Shown here in pieces: positions 61,992 to 64,000 of a stretch of DNA of 64,000 bases. The first letter of the stretch is position 1. Each line of letters opens with the position of its first letter. The notes beneath the pieces were generated by a model. That model had not been told where the DNA came from. It saw nothing but the letters and a program-made list of their open reading frames with translations, and did not search any database. The DNA is from Promethearchaeota archaeon. GTDB lineage: Archaea > Asgardarchaeota > Lokiarchaeia > Sigyniarchaeales > SOKP01. Where the stretch lies: NCBI GenBank assembly GCA_019058445.1, contig JAHPZA010000009.1:1-64000 (forward strand). Reading direction: 5' to 3'. The position numbers were made by a program, and so were the translations under genes.

Positions 61992-62774
61992 ATGTTTTTT
62001 AATATAGAAAAAAAATTCGATTTAGATATTAACAATCTAAATTCTCCCATTATATTAATTGGTTGGCCAGGTATAGCCCTTGTAGGTAAATTAGCAATTA
62101 GTTCTATAAAAGATGCAATTAACGCAGATTTATTTCTAAATATAGAATTTTTTGATTTTCCTCCAAAAAGTACAGTCGAAGAGGGACTCTTAGAAATACC
62201 CACTGCTAAAGTTTATTATAAATCTAGGGATATTCATGATTTTTTTATTTTAACAGCTGATTTTCAGCCTCAAAGTGCTGAAGGTGTTTTTGAATTTACT
62301 CAAAAATTCTGTGAAGTAATGAATACACTAACAGGAGGAAAAATAGAAATGTATGTAAGTACTGGAGCTTTAGTATCTGATAAAATTTCTAAGCAGCCAA
62401 AGGTACATGTCTGTTGCACAGACAAAAGTATTATTGAAAGTTTTCTAAAATTAGAAAATACAACAATAATGGAAGGTGGAATAATTGCTGGTGCGAATGG
62501 GATATTACCAGCTTGGGCTGGAAATAAAGGTTTTGCACCAGGCGTTTGCTTGTTAGCTGAAACCATTCCTCTGCCTATGATGAGCCTTGATCCAAGAGCA
62601 TCAAAAGCTTTGGTTCAATTATTAAAAGATTACTTTAGTATTGATATGACCTTCGAAGAATTAGATAGAAAAATCGAAGAGATGCAGAATATTTTTGATT
62701 CTTTCAAAAAACAAGCAGATTATTTTATGAAAGGCGATCAGGAAGAAAGTGGACCAGATTCTTACTTTAGATAA
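61992..62774 (+). CDS. PAC2-family proteasome assembly chaperone
   Basis: GWPGIALVGKLA, IAGANGIL, CLLAET, DPRASK. Confidence 0.9.
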   Translation: MFFNIEKKFDLDINNLNSPIILIGWPGIALVGKLAISSIKDAINADLFLNIEFFDFPPKSTVEEGLLEIPTAKVYYKSRDIHDFFILTADFQPQSAEGVFEFTQKFCEVMNTLTGGKIEMYVSTGALVSDKISKQPKVHVCCTDKSIIESFLKLENTTIMEGGIIAGANGILPAWAGNKGFAPGVCLLAETIPLPMMSLDPRASKALVQLLKDYFSIDMTFEELDRKIEEMQNIFDSFKKQADYFMKGDQEESGPDSYFR

Positions 62775-63013
62775 ATAACTTTATTTAACATTTTTTTACC
62801 ATAATAAATTTAGATTCCAAAATTAATCTTCATTGAATCGTAAAAAAATTTTGAATTTGAATAGCATTTTATTACTTTTTTAATGACATACAAAATTTTA
62901 AATTTATATAAATAAATATTTAATTAAACCGTTTTTTGAATAATAAAAATTAGGAAATACACTTCCAAAGAGTCTCTATAACAAAAAGAATAATAAAAAA
63001 TTAATGATACTTC

Positions 63014-63958
63014 TTGCAAGAAACTCAATTAATTGAATCAAAAAAGTTCAGGGAAGAAATCGGCTCAAATTTAATAGATATTAATGAGCAATCTAGAAAT
63101 TATATCTATGATGTTATTTTACTTGTAAATAAAGAAATTGGGATTGATAAGATTTTGTCAATTATCCTTTTTGGAAGTCAAATGAAAAATCATCATCAAA
63201 GAAGAGAAAACACTGTTATATCAGATTGCGATTTACTCATTGTATTTAATGATAATGTTTCAACTTCTTTTATTAGGCGGATGGAAAAATACTTCATTGC
63301 CTTAGAGAATAAACATAATTTTCGAAAGTATAATTCTAAATTTGTAAATAAAATGCTTGATGTTATGCAACAGTCGACGGGAATGTTTGTGAGTCATTTT
63401 TTAACCAAAAAAACTTATTTTGAAAAGGGTACTTTTCATAAAATATTTAGTGTTAATAAGATCCTTTCAGATATTTTTGCACCAAAAAAACTTGTATTAA
63501 GTAGTGTAGTTGATAATAGTACTGTTCTTTGGGGAGAAGATTTACGGGATCTCGTAAAGGAGAAAGTAGAAATTGAACCCTTTGATATGGTAAAGAGTAT
63601 TACAATGAATTTATTGATCTCTCTCTTATGTATTTTATTTTCTCCCCTGAAAATATTCAAACCAAAATATCAATTAGAGGCTATTAAATGGTCCCTTCGA
63701 GCTTCTAACTTTTATGTTTTTGAAGATTCTAAATCTCTTGAAACGATTATTAAACGATTCACTATATTTGAAAAATCAACAGGATATAAAAGAAGAGCGT
63801 ATAGATTCTATTCAAAATTTCTAGAATTAAGACATAATCCTTATAATGATCTAGACTTTATGCTTCGTTGTCCTTTCAGAATAATAAAAATTCATATTAA
63901 AGGGATTCTTTTCAAAAAACTGAGAATGAAAATGATAAAAAGATTACAGAATAGTTGA
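63014..63958 (+). CDS. Nucleotidyltransferase-domain protein (pol-beta superfamily)
   Basis: ILFGSQ...SDCDLLIV. Confidence 0.75.
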   Translation: MQETQLIESKKFREEIGSNLIDINEQSRNYIYDVILLVNKEIGIDKILSIILFGSQMKNHHQRRENTVISDCDLLIVFNDNVSTSFIRRMEKYFIALENKHNFRKYNSKFVNKMLDVMQQSTGMFVSHFLTKKTYFEKGTFHKIFSVNKILSDIFAPKKLVLSSVVDNSTVLWGEDLRDLVKEKVEIEPFDMVKSITMNLLISLLCILFSPLKIFKPKYQLEAIKWSLRASNFYVFEDSKSLETIIKRFTIFEKSTGYKRRAYRFYSKFLELRHNPYNDLDFMLRCPFRIIKIHIKGILFKKLRMKMIKRLQNS

Positions 63959-64000
63959 ATGATACAATTTTTGAAAAACTATTGCTCTAATTCTCAGTAT

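Noticed and set aside
62757-62774. HbYX proteasome-activating tail on the PAC2 protein
   Set aside because: It ends DSYFR; the penultimate residue is Phe, not Tyr, so the motif is not canonical
5722-63660. Short ORFs antisense to or nested within long genes (e.g. 7084, 13662, 24132, 26802, 50106)
   Set aside because: Shadow ORFs of well-supported genes with no recognisable motifs
1-64000. Further BHB introns, tRNA/rRNA genes, IS elements
   Set aside because: None seen by eye. Stop-free in-frame introns cannot be excluded without a computational BHB scan and ortholog alignments

Overview
AT-rich, gene-dense archaeal DNA, most likely an Asgard archaeon of the Lokiarchaeia type. This call rests on two Rag/Arf-like small GTPases, about seven longin/uDENN-like domains, a Loki-CTERM-like (IPGY) surface protein, NreA, PAC2, DUF2070 and BRE/TATA promoters with oligo-T terminators. 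About 45 protein genes are present; I saw no rRNA, tRNA, CRISPR array or transposase. Top finding: the GH38 alpha-mannosidase gene really starts at 6872 and is interrupted inside its conserved HWDREWY motif by a 30-nt, stop-containing insert (6926-6955). The insert folds into a bulge-helix-bulge splice motif whose predicted cleavage sites restore the motif exactly, so it is a candidate tRNA-endonuclease-type mRNA intron. Other signals: a G_GAU_UUU -1 frameshift site that would fuse MoxR to a vWA protein, two genes that seem to need non-canonical start codons (ATT/ATA, CTG), and several receptor- or signalling-type fusions ending in longin-like domains. Family calls come from motif recognition by eye; no database search was run.
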